DNA from: Bacteroidota bacterium
Lineage (GTDB): Bacteria; Bacteroidota; Bacteroidia; Bacteroidales; VadinHA17
Direction of reading: 5' to 3'
DNA: 47,821 nucleotides
Assembly: GCA_030596025.1 (NCBI GenBank)
Contig: JAUVKW010000002.1
Coordinates: 1-47,821, forward strand
Each line of letters starts with the position of its first letter. Position 1 is the first letter of the stretch. Below are positions 8,475-17,966 of the stretch, one piece after another. A program made the position numbers and the translations under genes. The notes beneath the pieces are model-generated. The model searched no databases and had not been told where the DNA came from. It worked only from the letters and a program-made list of their open reading frames with translations.

Positions 8475-9587
8475 TTGAAAAAAACTCTATTCAGGATAAG
8501 TAGTTTATTGGGATATATTTTACTTCCTGGTATTTTATTGTCTTACCTTTCTATTTGGGTTAACCCTGGAGATTTGTGGTTTTTAAGTATTTTTGGCCTT
8601 TTTTACCCCTATTTTCTTATTGGGAATTTAATCTTGTTTGTTTATTGGATTTTTCGAAATAAAAAATTTGCCTTTCTGATTCTGATTGTAATTCTTTTAG
8701 GCTCAAATCACATAAGAAGTTATTTCCAATGGAAAGGTCCGGGAGCAAAAAAATACCAGAGTTTTATTTCCAATAAGGCATCTGATGTTAAAAACCTGAA
8801 AGTTTTAACCTACAATGTGAGATTGTTTAATTTCTATCAAAATGCAGATCCTGAAAATTCCTATAATGAATTCATACAAGTTATATTAAGCCAGAATCCT
8901 GATGTAATTTGCCTTCAGGAAGTCTTAATCTCTGAATATTCAGGAATTCCACTTGACAGGCTTAAAAAGGATTTTCGTCAAACTTCTTTCACGTATTGTA
9001 AGCTTATAAACAACCCTTCCGGAAGCAGAAAATACGGTAATGTTATCTTCTCTTCATATCCTATCATTAACAAGGGGGAGGTAGCCTTCAGCAAGACATA
9101 TAACCGAAGTATTTTTGCGGATCTGTTAATAGATGATGATACGCTAAGGATCTATAATAACCACTTACAGTCTTTTAATCTGGGATCAGAAAACTTTTCT
9201 TTTCTCACTGATTTTGAACATAATTTTGACGAAGACCCATTGGATGAAATTCAGGATATTTCGTTCCGAATGAAAGCAGCGTATGTTCAACGGGCAATAC
9301 AGGCAAACCAATTAAAATTGCATATCAGGCAAACCCATTTGCCAGTGGTTGTTTGCGGAGATTTTAATGACACTCCGGTCTCTTATGTTTATTATTGCAT
9401 AAAAAAAGACCTTAAAGATGCATTTGTAGAATCAGGGAAAGGCTTTGGAAAAACCTATGATCAAATATTTCCGGCTTTCAGAATTGATTATATTTTGCAT
9501 AGTAAAGATCTTTACCCCGTAGATTTCAAAACTCTTGATACTAAGTTATCTGACCATTATCCCCTGGTTACAAGTTTTGTTTTTTAG
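8475..9587 (+). CDS. Endonuclease/exonuclease/phosphatase (EEP) family membrane protein
   Basis: 370 aa. Three N-terminal TM helices are followed by EEP motifs: LTYNVRLF, ICLQEV, CGDFNDTP and SDHYPL. It starts with TTG. Confidence 0.75.
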   Translation: MKKTLFRISSLLGYILLPGILLSYLSIWVNPGDLWFLSIFGLFYPYFLIGNLILFVYWIFRNKKFAFLILIVILLGSNHIRSYFQWKGPGAKKYQSFISNKASDVKNLKVLTYNVRLFNFYQNADPENSYNEFIQVILSQNPDVICLQEVLISEYSGIPLDRLKKDFRQTSFTYCKLINNPSGSRKYGNVIFSSYPIINKGEVAFSKTYNRSIFADLLIDDDTLRIYNNHLQSFNLGSENFSFLTDFEHNFDEDPLDEIQDISFRMKAAYVQRAIQANQLKLHIRQTHLPVVVCGDFNDTPVSYVYYCIKKDLKDAFVESGKGFGKTYDQIFPAFRIDYILHSKDLYPVDFKTLDTKLSDHYPLVTSFVF

Positions 9588-10537
9588 ACAAACAATTGAG
9601 ATATTGTTTTAAGGTCTACATTTCCCCCTGTAACAATAATTCCAATTCTTTTTTCATGAATCTTTTCTCCATGTTGGAGGAGAATTGCAAGAGGAACAGC
9701 TGAGGATGGCTCTACAATAATTTTCATTCTGGTCCAAATTAATTTCATTGCTTCCACTATAGACTCCTCGCTGGCAGTAAATATTTCGTCAACATTATTT
9801 TGAATAATACTAAAAGTCAGAGGACTCATTGATGTAAGCAATCCGTCTGCTATAGTTTGCGGATTGACAGAAGGGATAAGTTTTTTCTGATAAAAAGAGC
9901 GAAATGCATCATCGGCACCTTCAGGTTCAGCCGCAATTACACTGCATGAGGGATGTAGTTCTTTGGCAACTATGCTCCCTCCACAAATCATCCCTCCCCC
10001 ACCTATTGGTGCAATTATACAATCCAGATCATCGTATTCTTCAAAAAGTTCCTTCACTGCAGTTCCCTGTCCGCAAATCACATTTCTATTATTGAAAGGA
10101 TGAATAAAAGTGGCTCCTGTTTTCTTCACTACCTCTTCCAACCCCGATTCACGTGCTTCAAGTGTTGGTTCGCAATATGTAATTTCAGCACCATAAAAGG
10201 CAACCGCATCCTTTTTTACCTGAGGGGCTGTGCGAGGCATTACAATATATGCAGGAATACCCTGTGTTTTTGCTGCCAGAGCAAGTGCAGCGGCATGATT
10301 TCCAGAAGAATGAGTAGCCACCCCTTTGCTAAGTTCACTATCATTAAGACACAATACAGCATTGGTAGCACCTCTAAATTTAAAAGCCCCGACTTTTTGA
10401 AAATTTTCACATTTAAAAAATAACTCCTTACCAAGTATGGAATTAATAGCCGATGAAGTAAGCACAGGTGTTCTGTGAACAAAGGGACTGATCCTCTTAT
10501 GGGCTGCCAGGATTTCCCGGTATTCAGGGATTTTCAT
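9584..10537 (-). CDS. PLP-dependent serine/threonine dehydratase (fold type II, serine racemase/TdcB-like)
   Basis: 317 aa. The PLP-lysine motif is FKFRGA, with SSGNHAAALA and the glycine loop GGGGMICG. Its 3' end overlaps the convergent EEP gene by 4 nt. Confidence 0.85.
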   Translation of the reverse strand: MKIPEYREILAAHKRISPFVHRTPVLTSSAINSILGKELFFKCENFQKVGAFKFRGATNAVLCLNDSELSKGVATHSSGNHAAALALAAKTQGIPAYIVMPRTAPQVKKDAVAFYGAEITYCEPTLEARESGLEEVVKKTGATFIHPFNNRNVICGQGTAVKELFEEYDDLDCIIAPIGGGGMICGGSIVAKELHPSCSVIAAEPEGADDAFRSFYQKKLIPSVNPQTIADGLLTSMSPLTFSIIQNNVDEIFTASEESIVEAMKLIWTRMKIIVEPSSAVPLAILLQHGEKIHEKRIGIIVTGGNVDLKTISQLFV

Positions 10538-10644
10538 TATGTGAATATTTTAATGTTAAATCTGCATTCGAGACAAGAACCTTGTTGATATAGTGACAAT
10601 TGTTCTTAAGATCAGCAATTCTTTTAATCGAATATCCAATTATT

Positions 10645-10709
10645 AGTCCCATAGGGACTTAATATTTATAGAGAAAATATGCATAAGAAATACAAGTCCC
10701 TTTAGGGAC
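10645..10709 (-). terminator. Two similar GTCCC-loop-GGGAC hairpins downstream of gene 10723-11493
   Basis: The hairpins are AGTCCC ata GGGACT (10645-10659) and GTCCC ttta GGGAC (10696-10709). On the minus strand the second one is followed by TTGTATTTCTT. Confidence 0.4.
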
Positions 10710-10722
10710 GATATATTATTGA

Positions 10723-11493
10723 TTATCTTTTGTTCCTCTTATAGGCCCAATATGAACCCTTCACCATGTAAAGGATATCATACTCGGAAGCATTCAAAAG
10801 GAATTCTTCACTTAAATGGCAATAATTCATAAAATCCTTCAGTTCCTGTCCCTGGAGTCCAGTAAGTTCCCCTACATTTTCTTCATTATATTTCGCTCTG
10901 ATAATTTTTTGCTTTAGCTGGTAGTCCAATATTTTCTGTAATTTAATCAGACTTTTTTCTTCTTTTGTTTTTATGGAAAAACTGAAACCTACATTAACCT
11001 TATCGTATTTAATAGCTTCCTCTCTGGTAATTTCCTGAATATATTCCAGGCTTTCTTCTGCAGGAGTTTTAGGGGGGATACTTGAAATGACTTTTCGTCT
11101 AAACTGAGCATAGTTTCCAAAACCTTCAACAGAGACGGGCTCAATCATATAAACTTTTTGACGCACCTGGATAATTCCCGAAAAATGATTGGAAGGCCAA
11201 AAACCGGGCAGGGAAAAATAACTTTCATTATAGCCCAATGCCGAAATAAACAAGGAGTCACATCGTCTCATCACAATTGTAAAAAACCCCAGTGTATCAC
11301 TTGTAGTTCCTATATTCAACCCAATGTTTAATATATGTGCATATACTATAGGTTTCCCTTCCCCGAGACTTTTTAACTGGCATTGAATGGTAACCAGGCT
11401 ATCGCCCGTATCTTCATTCTGACCGGAAAGAGTCAGTGAAAAAGAAAAAAAAACAAATCCGAAAAACAAACTTCTTTTTAGGAAATCCAACAT
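10723..11493 (-). CDS. Secreted hypothetical protein with a carboxypeptidase-regulatory-like N-domain
   Basis: 256 aa. A signal peptide is followed by a CarboxypepD_reg-like pattern (GKPIVYAHILNIGLNIGTTSDTLGFFTI...ISALGY). Confidence 0.5.
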   Translation of the reverse strand: MLDFLKRSLFFGFVFFSFSLTLSGQNEDTGDSLVTIQCQLKSLGEGKPIVYAHILNIGLNIGTTSDTLGFFTIVMRRCDSLFISALGYNESYFSLPGFWPSNHFSGIIQVRQKVYMIEPVSVEGFGNYAQFRRKVISSIPPKTPAEESLEYIQEITREEAIKYDKVNVGFSFSIKTKEEKSLIKLQKILDYQLKQKIIRAKYNEENVGELTGLQGQELKDFMNYCHLSEEFLLNASEYDILYMVKGSYWAYKRNKR

Positions 11494-11658
11494 ATAATCT
11501 TTCCCTGCTTTTTAAAAGCTTAAGCTTCTACATTCAAAATTAGTATTTGATACTGTTAAATTATAAGCAAGTAAAGATAAAGATTAATAAACTGAGAAAT
11601 AAGGAAAATTTGACTCCGAAGAAAGCAAATGAAAAAACAACTCTCATATTGTCAAATA

Positions 11659-14109
11659 CTAATGATTTTTTACATATTTCTCAAGCCATTGTAATGTTTC
11701 CCAGTGTTTATGCAACAATGACTCTCTTGCAGCATATCCATGACTTTCCATAGGTAACATTACCAGCCGAACAGTAGCACCATGCCCTTTTAAGGCAGAA
11801 AAATAACGTTTACTCTGTATAGGGAAAGTGCCACTATTATTATCTGCAATTCCATGAATAAGTAAGATCGGATCTTTTACCAGGTCTGCATGCATGAAAG
11901 GAGACATGGTATAGTAAAGTTCAGGAGCCTCCCAATAAGTTCTTCTTTCACTTTGAAAGCCAAAAGGGGTAAGAGTTCTGTTATAGGCACCACTTTCCGC
12001 GATACCTGCAGCAAACAATCTGGAATGCGTCAGGAGATTTGCGGTCATAAATGCACCATAAGAATGGCCACCTACAGCAACTCTTTTTGGATCGGTAACT
12101 CCCATTTCAACAGCTTTATTAATGGCTGCTTCAGCATTCGCCACCAATTGCTCTACAAATCCATCATTTGGTTTTACTTCCCCTTCCCCTACAATTGGGA
12201 AGGCTGCATTACTAAGAATAGCATAACCCTGAGTAACATAAGAAAGAATTGATCCCGCACGCACCCTTGTAAATGAATAGGGCGAACCCGAAACCTGACC
12301 TGCTGCTTTAGCATCCTCATATTCCCTTGGATATGCCCATAAAACAGTTGGCAATGGGCCATCTTTTTCCTTATCATATTCTGCTGGCAAATACAGAGTA
12401 AAAGAAAGATCAATTCCATCAGCCCTTTTGTATTTAACCAACTCCTTGGTAACACCTTCTAATGACGGATATGGATTTTCGAACTTTGTTATAGCTGATA
12501 TTTTTCCGCTCTTCAGGTTTCTTAAATAATAATTCGGAGGGAGTTTTTTTGACTGCCTGCTGGTTATTACCAGATTCTTTTTAATACTTATGATTTCCTG
12601 AACAGATTCATAGAATGGAGCTTCAGACCTCCATAATTCAGTAGTTTCTCCACTCTGGATATTATATTTCCTTATAAATGGTCTGTCTCCTTCCGGAGAA
12701 GAACCCTGACCAGTAAGTATAAGAAACTTGCTCTTGTCAGTAAAAAGCAGTACCCGCCTTCCATAATTGTTTCTCGATGTATAAAACCTTCCCGGGTTGC
12801 CATACCTGTCATCGGTCTTATATTCCATCATGAGTTTCTTGCTTGTCATTGGATTTGAAGGATCAAAAGAGCTAACAATTCGTGACCTGTCTTTTCTCAT
12901 ACCTTCATATAATACTGCAAAATTCTCATTCCCCCAGGTAATATTTGAAAACCTGGTTTTTGTAGCAATAAATTCAACAGGATCTCCTTGAAAAGGTGCC
13001 TCAATCGTATAAAACTGATCTCTGTATTCCACTTCCTTCTTCGGGTTTCCTTCATCAAGGGCTTCAACCCAATAAGCTGTTGCCGGTTTATCTGCACGCC
13101 AGCCAAAAGATCTTGGTCCCGGAAAAACAACATCAAATCCCCGGGGAAGATTCTCCCGTAATGGCATATCATAAAGAACCTTCAGCTCCTTGCCCTTAAT
13201 ATCCCATATGCTGGTTTTTGTGGGGAAATAGTAATAAGGCACTACATAAGAGAATGGTTTCAATACTTCAGAAACCATTAAATAATGTCCATCAGGTGAA
13301 GGTGAAATACTTGAATATATTCCACCTGGCCCAATCTGCATTACTCCTGATCCATCATATATCATCGGCTGTGAAGTTGCAAAATATTCAAAGATCATTT
13401 TATCACCGGGATTTTTAAGAAGATCCTGAAAAGTACGTGCAGCTCCACGTTTTCCCCTGTTTTCCTGTACTACAGGTCCTGCTGGAGTTGATGAAGGTTT
13501 GGGTCTGGGTCCTCTTTCTGAATCAACCACCTGGAAAATAATTGACTGATTATCTGACAACCATGTAAAACCACCACTTCGGGAATATCTTCCTCCTCTT
13601 ACCAAAACCTGGTTTAGATTATCTGCAATTTTCTTTGCCTTCAGGTCTGACACATCACATACCCATAGTTCAATACTTTTTGCTGTAGTATTGGTAAAAG
13701 CAAACTTGCTTCCATCATTCGACCATGTAAAACCCGAGATCTTGAGATTTGATGGTAAGCCTGTAACTTTCCTAAGTCCTGTTCCATCTATTTTCATTAT
13801 GGAAATCCCAGTTTGGTATGATTGGCGGCTAGTTCCATTTGTTGCAGGATCTATCCTTAAACCTGCAATCCTCAGCTCCTCCCTGGAAAGATCCTCAATG
13901 GTTTTTAATCCCGGTCTTTCCAATAAGGCTACAAAAGAATTATCAGGACTGATTGAAACAGAAGGTGTTTGCCAGGCATCCACAACTTCAATAATTGCTT
14001 CAGGAGGCAGCTGGTATATCAGGCTTTCCTGCCCTTGAATAAACTGAGAAAGTCCCAGGAGTACGATAATAATTGCTGAAGAAATAATTCCAAAAAGTGA
14101 TTTTTTCAT
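11659..14109 (-). CDS. S9 family serine peptidase (prolyl oligopeptidase/dipeptidyl aminopeptidase-like), secreted
   Basis: A signal peptide and beta-propeller region precede a C-terminal alpha/beta hydrolase domain. The nucleophile motif is GGHSYGAFM, with later D and H (HGIADNN, ESHGY). I prefer the ATG at 14109 (MKKSLF) over the TTG at 14121. Confidence 0.9.
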   Translation of the reverse strand: MKKSLFGIISSAIIIVLLGLSQFIQGQESLIYQLPPEAIIEVVDAWQTPSVSISPDNSFVALLERPGLKTIEDLSREELRIAGLRIDPATNGTSRQSYQTGISIMKIDGTGLRKVTGLPSNLKISGFTWSNDGSKFAFTNTTAKSIELWVCDVSDLKAKKIADNLNQVLVRGGRYSRSGGFTWLSDNQSIIFQVVDSERGPRPKPSSTPAGPVVQENRGKRGAARTFQDLLKNPGDKMIFEYFATSQPMIYDGSGVMQIGPGGIYSSISPSPDGHYLMVSEVLKPFSYVVPYYYFPTKTSIWDIKGKELKVLYDMPLRENLPRGFDVVFPGPRSFGWRADKPATAYWVEALDEGNPKKEVEYRDQFYTIEAPFQGDPVEFIATKTRFSNITWGNENFAVLYEGMRKDRSRIVSSFDPSNPMTSKKLMMEYKTDDRYGNPGRFYTSRNNYGRRVLLFTDKSKFLILTGQGSSPEGDRPFIRKYNIQSGETTELWRSEAPFYESVQEIISIKKNLVITSRQSKKLPPNYYLRNLKSGKISAITKFENPYPSLEGVTKELVKYKRADGIDLSFTLYLPAEYDKEKDGPLPTVLWAYPREYEDAKAAGQVSGSPYSFTRVRAGSILSYVTQGYAILSNAAFPIVGEGEVKPNDGFVEQLVANAEAAINKAVEMGVTDPKRVAVGGHSYGAFMTANLLTHSRLFAAGIAESGAYNRTLTPFGFQSERRTYWEAPELYYTMSPFMHADLVKDPILLIHGIADNNSGTFPIQSKRYFSALKGHGATVRLVMLPMESHGYAARESLLHKHWETLQWLEKYVKNH

Positions 14110-14317
14110 TTTTATAAACAATTAATTAATATTTGTAATTTCAGTTAAGATTTATTAGACCAAAGAAACCATAAAATGATTTCATTCCTTTCAAAACATC
14201 ACTGCACGAAGCATTGCATGGTTATTGTTTTACCGTTTAATAGCTATTAACCCGGAAAATGCATACATTTTCTACGATTAAGACTATGGCAGGGAATATC
14301 AGAAGCTTTCCCTGTTT

Positions 14318-15412
14318 TTAGTAGATTTCTTTCAATACCCCAAGTACATCATTGCTGTTTAAATCAACAATATTATTGCCCATTCTGTCTTTTGTAAAAG
14401 ATCGCTCTACAATATCTTCTAAATGGCCTTTGCTTACATTCCATTCTCTCAAATTAAACTTTACAATATTTCCAGGGATGGTGAGAATTATTTTCTCCAA
14501 TTCTGAAAGGCTGTTTATTCCTGTTTTACGAAAAAGCATTTCCAGTTGGGACTTAATTGCTTTTTCATTGATTTTAAGTAAGGGAATAACTGGCATCGAA
14601 CAGGCAATTCCATGAGGAATACCATAGGAAATTGTTAATGGGTAGCTAATTGAATGTGCTGCTGCTGTTTTGGTATTTGAGAATGCTAAACCAGCTAAAT
14701 TTGAGGCTTTTAGAAGATTGTTTCGTGTCTCAATACCATTGGGGTTCTTTTTTAACTTTATTACATTTTGAAAAATAATACTAATTGCTTCAATTGCATA
14801 ATTATTGGTTTTTTCACTGGCGTTTTTATTCCAAATCGCTTCGAAGCTATGGCTTAAAGCATCTAAAATGGTTGTAATCGATAATTCTAATGGCAAACTC
14901 AATGTTAGAGAGCCATCTAAGATTGCTACATCGGGATATAATTCAGGATATGAAATAGAATACTTTTTTTTATCTGTCATATCCCAAATAGTACTCCACA
15001 TAGTAACTTCACTTGCGGTACCATGTGTTGTAGGAATAAATATTGCCGGTATTCGATGTGGGAATGGAGATTTTAGGCTGAACAATTTCTTTAATCCATA
15101 AATCTCTGTTCCCATGGCAGCCATAACTGTTTTTGCAGTATCCATTACGGAGCCACCTCCTATTGCAATTACTCCATCATAGCTATTATTCCTGCTAAAG
15201 TCAATTGCAAGTTGACAGCTGGACAATGTGGGATTGTTCTCTATTTCACTGAATATGATTCTTTTATCAAACAGGTTTAATAAACCGATCCGTTTAATAT
15301 TTCCAAAAGATGTAATAACCAGCGGATTATAAATACTAAGTTCAGAGATAGATTTAGTTAAAGCTGTTTGCCAATTATCAGTTTCAATAACTTTAACAGG
15401 ATTATAATACAT
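14318..15412 (-). CDS. Iron-containing (group III) alcohol dehydrogenase. Predicted from context to be a phosphonoacetaldehyde reductase (PhpC/FomC-like).
   Basis: 364 aa. It has the GGGSVMDTAK nucleotide loop and His-rich metal motifs (LSHSFEAIW, AAHSISYP, PHGIAC). It lies 25 nt downstream of the phosphonopyruvate decarboxylase gene on the same strand. Confidence 0.7.
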   Translation of the reverse strand: MYYNPVKVIETDNWQTALTKSISELSIYNPLVITSFGNIKRIGLLNLFDKRIIFSEIENNPTLSSCQLAIDFSRNNSYDGVIAIGGGSVMDTAKTVMAAMGTEIYGLKKLFSLKSPFPHRIPAIFIPTTHGTASEVTMWSTIWDMTDKKKYSISYPELYPDVAILDGSLTLSLPLELSITTILDALSHSFEAIWNKNASEKTNNYAIEAISIIFQNVIKLKKNPNGIETRNNLLKASNLAGLAFSNTKTAAAHSISYPLTISYGIPHGIACSMPVIPLLKINEKAIKSQLEMLFRKTGINSLSELEKIILTIPGNIVKFNLREWNVSKGHLEDIVERSFTKDRMGNNIVDLNSNDVLGVLKEIY

Positions 15413-15437
15413 TTGGAATAGATCAGATAAAATACTA

Positions 15438-16568
15438 CTACTTTTTCAGAAATTCAATTAGATTGCTCTTGTTGTCTACCGGTTTAATAGTAGGCCTTCC
15501 CAAATCAGCCCTTGAGCCTGGCTTAAGTCTAATTTCCACCAGGCCGGGGCCACTTTTCTCAAGAAACCCGGCAATTTTGGCTGAAAGTTCATCGCTTGTT
15601 TCAACATTTAGAATAGTTTTATAATTCATGGACCTAAAAGTTCCCTGAACATCTATTGAATCAATAGATGTTTTTTGGCCACCCACCGATTCATGCACAT
15701 AATTATTCATTAGAATATGATAAAAGTTATCCGGCTGAGAGTTACCAATCGTTGCCAGGCTACCCATATGCATTAATAATGCACCATCTCCATCAATGCA
15801 TATCACTTTTCTTTTTGGCTGTGCCAGAGCTATACCCAGGGCTATTGAAGAACAATGTCCCATTGAGCCAACAGTTAAGAAATCTTTAAAATGCGGTTCT
15901 CCATTTTTTTCCCGTATTTCAAATATCTCACGTGAAGTTTTGCCAGTCGTAGAAACAATCACAGCATCATCCGGGATATTCTTTATTAGAATTTCCAATG
16001 CTTCTTCACGCATCATGAGATGATCATCAATTTTTTCAGAAGTGGAATTATAATCGTCAAAAGTTCCTTTTCTTATAACAATAGCATAAGGTTGATTCCC
16101 GGAGACAGATTTTTCAATCCCTTTTGTAACTTTTTGGGGCCAGTCAACATCATCAGGAGATAAAATACAATAGGGTATATTCATTGAGTTCAGCAAATCT
16201 AATTGTACTTTACCCTGTTTAATATGCTGTGGCTCATCTTTAACTCCAGGCTCTCCACGCCATCCAATTAGCAGAAGAATGGGAATTGAATACACTTCCG
16301 GGTCGGCAAGTGATAATAAAGGATTAATGGCATTGCCTAAACCTGAATTTTGCATATAAACTAATGATACTTTACCAGTACCAAGATGATAGCCTGTAGC
16401 TAAAGCAATAGCACTGCCTTCATTAACTGCAATAATATGCCGGTCATTTGACACATTATCATCAACACAAAGACAAAATTGTTTTAAAAGTGAATCTGGC
16501 ACACCTGTGAAAAAATCAATATTATTTTCAGCAAGTAGTTGAAAAAAATGTATTGGTTGAATGCTCAT
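15438..16568 (-). CDS. ppd: Phosphonopyruvate decarboxylase (ThDP-dependent; Ppd/AepY/Fom2-like)
   Basis: 376 aa. The ThDP motif is GDGALLMHMGSLATIGNSQPDNFYHILMNN (GDG-x-NN). Its start overlaps the stop of the upstream PEP mutase gene by 1 nt (TAATG on the minus strand at 16566-16570). Confidence 0.85.
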   Translation of the reverse strand: MSIQPIHFFQLLAENNIDFFTGVPDSLLKQFCLCVDDNVSNDRHIIAVNEGSAIALATGYHLGTGKVSLVYMQNSGLGNAINPLLSLADPEVYSIPILLLIGWRGEPGVKDEPQHIKQGKVQLDLLNSMNIPYCILSPDDVDWPQKVTKGIEKSVSGNQPYAIVIRKGTFDDYNSTSEKIDDHLMMREEALEILIKNIPDDAVIVSTTGKTSREIFEIREKNGEPHFKDFLTVGSMGHCSSIALGIALAQPKRKVICIDGDGALLMHMGSLATIGNSQPDNFYHILMNNYVHESVGGQKTSIDSIDVQGTFRSMNYKTILNVETSDELSAKIAGFLEKSGPGLVEIRLKPGSRADLGRPTIKPVDNKSNLIEFLKK

Positions 16569-17881
16569 TATTTATTTCCCGGAATAAGTGCTAATACCTC
16601 ATTAATTGAAATGCAATAATCATCAGATGCTTCTAAACCACGATCATGTTTTAATATAGATTCTGCTGTTTTGACCATAGCCGGGTAGGCACTTCTAACA
16701 AGATGGTTGCCATATATTACAATTTGAACTCCCAGTTTTTCAAAATCACTCACTGACATATGACTAAAAGTAGAGGGTACTACAACAAGTGGCACTTTTA
16801 TATCAAATTTTTGATAGGTCTTACAAAAATCAATAATTTCCTGTCCATCTTTCTTTTTACTATGAATCATAATTCCGTCAGCCCCAGCTGAAATATATGC
16901 TTTTGCTCTTTTCAGGGCATCATTCATGCCATTGTTTAATATCAAACTTTCGATACGGGCAAATATCATAAAATCATCTGTTATTAATGCATCTTTTCCT
17001 GCACGAATTTTTTCAGAAAAGTGTTCTATTGAATCCTGTTCCTGAAACACATCTGTACCAAATAATGAATTACGTTTAAGTCCAATTTTATCTTCAATAA
17101 TTACTGCAGAGACACCTAATCTTTCCATTGTGCGAACGTTAAATTGAAAATGTTCAATTTCCCCTCCTGTATCACCATCAATTATTATTGGTTTGGTGGT
17201 AACCTCAAGTATCTCTTCAACAGTTTGGAATCTGGAATAAAAATCAACAAGTTCAGTATCAGGCTTGCCTTTTGAAGTAGAGACTGTAAGGCTGCTTAAC
17301 CAGAGGGCATCAAATTCTCTAACCCCGCCGCTAACATATACTTTTGATTTTTCTACTATCAAACCGGTAATTCCATTATGGGCTTCCATTACACGCAAAG
17401 TGGGTCTTACACTTAACATTAATCGCAAAGATTTAAGACGCATATCGGGTGTTATCCCTCTTTTTTTTACTGCTTCAATTAATTGAGAGGATGAAATTCC
17501 TTTTGTGTATTTTGGCTCAATTAATTTACCATTCCACATTTTGAGGGCTTCAATAGCACGCTGACGTGTCTTTTTCTGAATACCCGTTTGCCAATCATCA
17601 CCATGTACCAGGAAATCTGGTCTTATTTTTTGCAGATTAGGAACATAATCCAATGACTTCTGTGGAACTACCTCATCAACACCTTTTAAACTCTCCACAA
17701 TGATTTTACGGTGATCATAGTCAGTATATGGAATGCGTTTATAGCTTGCAATGGCTTCATCTGTTAGTAAACCCACAATTACATAACCATATTTGCGTGC
17801 TTCGGCGATAATATTAAGATGACCTTCGTGAATAATGTCGGCCGCCATACCTACATATACTTTTTTTACTGCTTTGCTCAT
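16568..17881 (-). CDS. ppm: Bifunctional cytidylyltransferase / phosphoenolpyruvate mutase fusion (Fom1-like)
   Basis: 437 aa. The N-terminal ~140 aa is a HIGH-type cytidylyltransferase ([15 protein letters not shown] = HxGH, and later [10 protein letters not shown]). The C-terminal ~290 aa has the Ppm-diagnostic EDKxxxxxNS motif ([10 protein letters not shown]). Confidence 0.9.
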   Translation of the reverse strand: MSKAVKKVYVGMAADIIHEGHLNIIAEARKYGYVIVGLLTDEAIASYKRIPYTDYDHRKIIVESLKGVDEVVPQKSLDYVPNLQKIRPDFLVHGDDWQTGIQKKTRQRAIEALKMWNGKLIEPKYTKGISSSQLIEAVKKRGITPDMRLKSLRLMLSVRPTLRVMEAHNGITGLIVEKSKVYVSGGVREFDALWLSSLTVSTSKGKPDTELVDFYSRFQTVEEILEVTTKPIIIDGDTGGEIEHFQFNVRTMERLGVSAVIIEDKIGLKRNSLFGTDVFQEQDSIEHFSEKIRAGKDALITDDFMIFARIESLILNNGMNDALKRAKAYISAGADGIMIHSKKKDGQEIIDFCKTYQKFDIKVPLVVVPSTFSHMSVSDFEKLGVQIVIYGNHLVRSAYPAMVKTAESILKHDRGLEASDDYCISINEVLALIPGNK

Positions 17882-17966
17882 TATTATTATTTTGATTATT
17901 AGGTGCCCTGGAGTTGATGTTTTTGTAAATCAAATATATACAGCCTTAAAGTTATGAACAAAGAAA

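Noticed and set aside
14288-14320. Hairpin CAGGGAA-n11-TTCCCTG followed by TTTTT as a terminator
   Set aside because: The U-tract is on the plus strand, where there is no upstream plus-strand gene. It also overlaps the stop codon of the minus-strand ADH gene. On the minus strand no U-tract follows, so it is ambiguous and not called.
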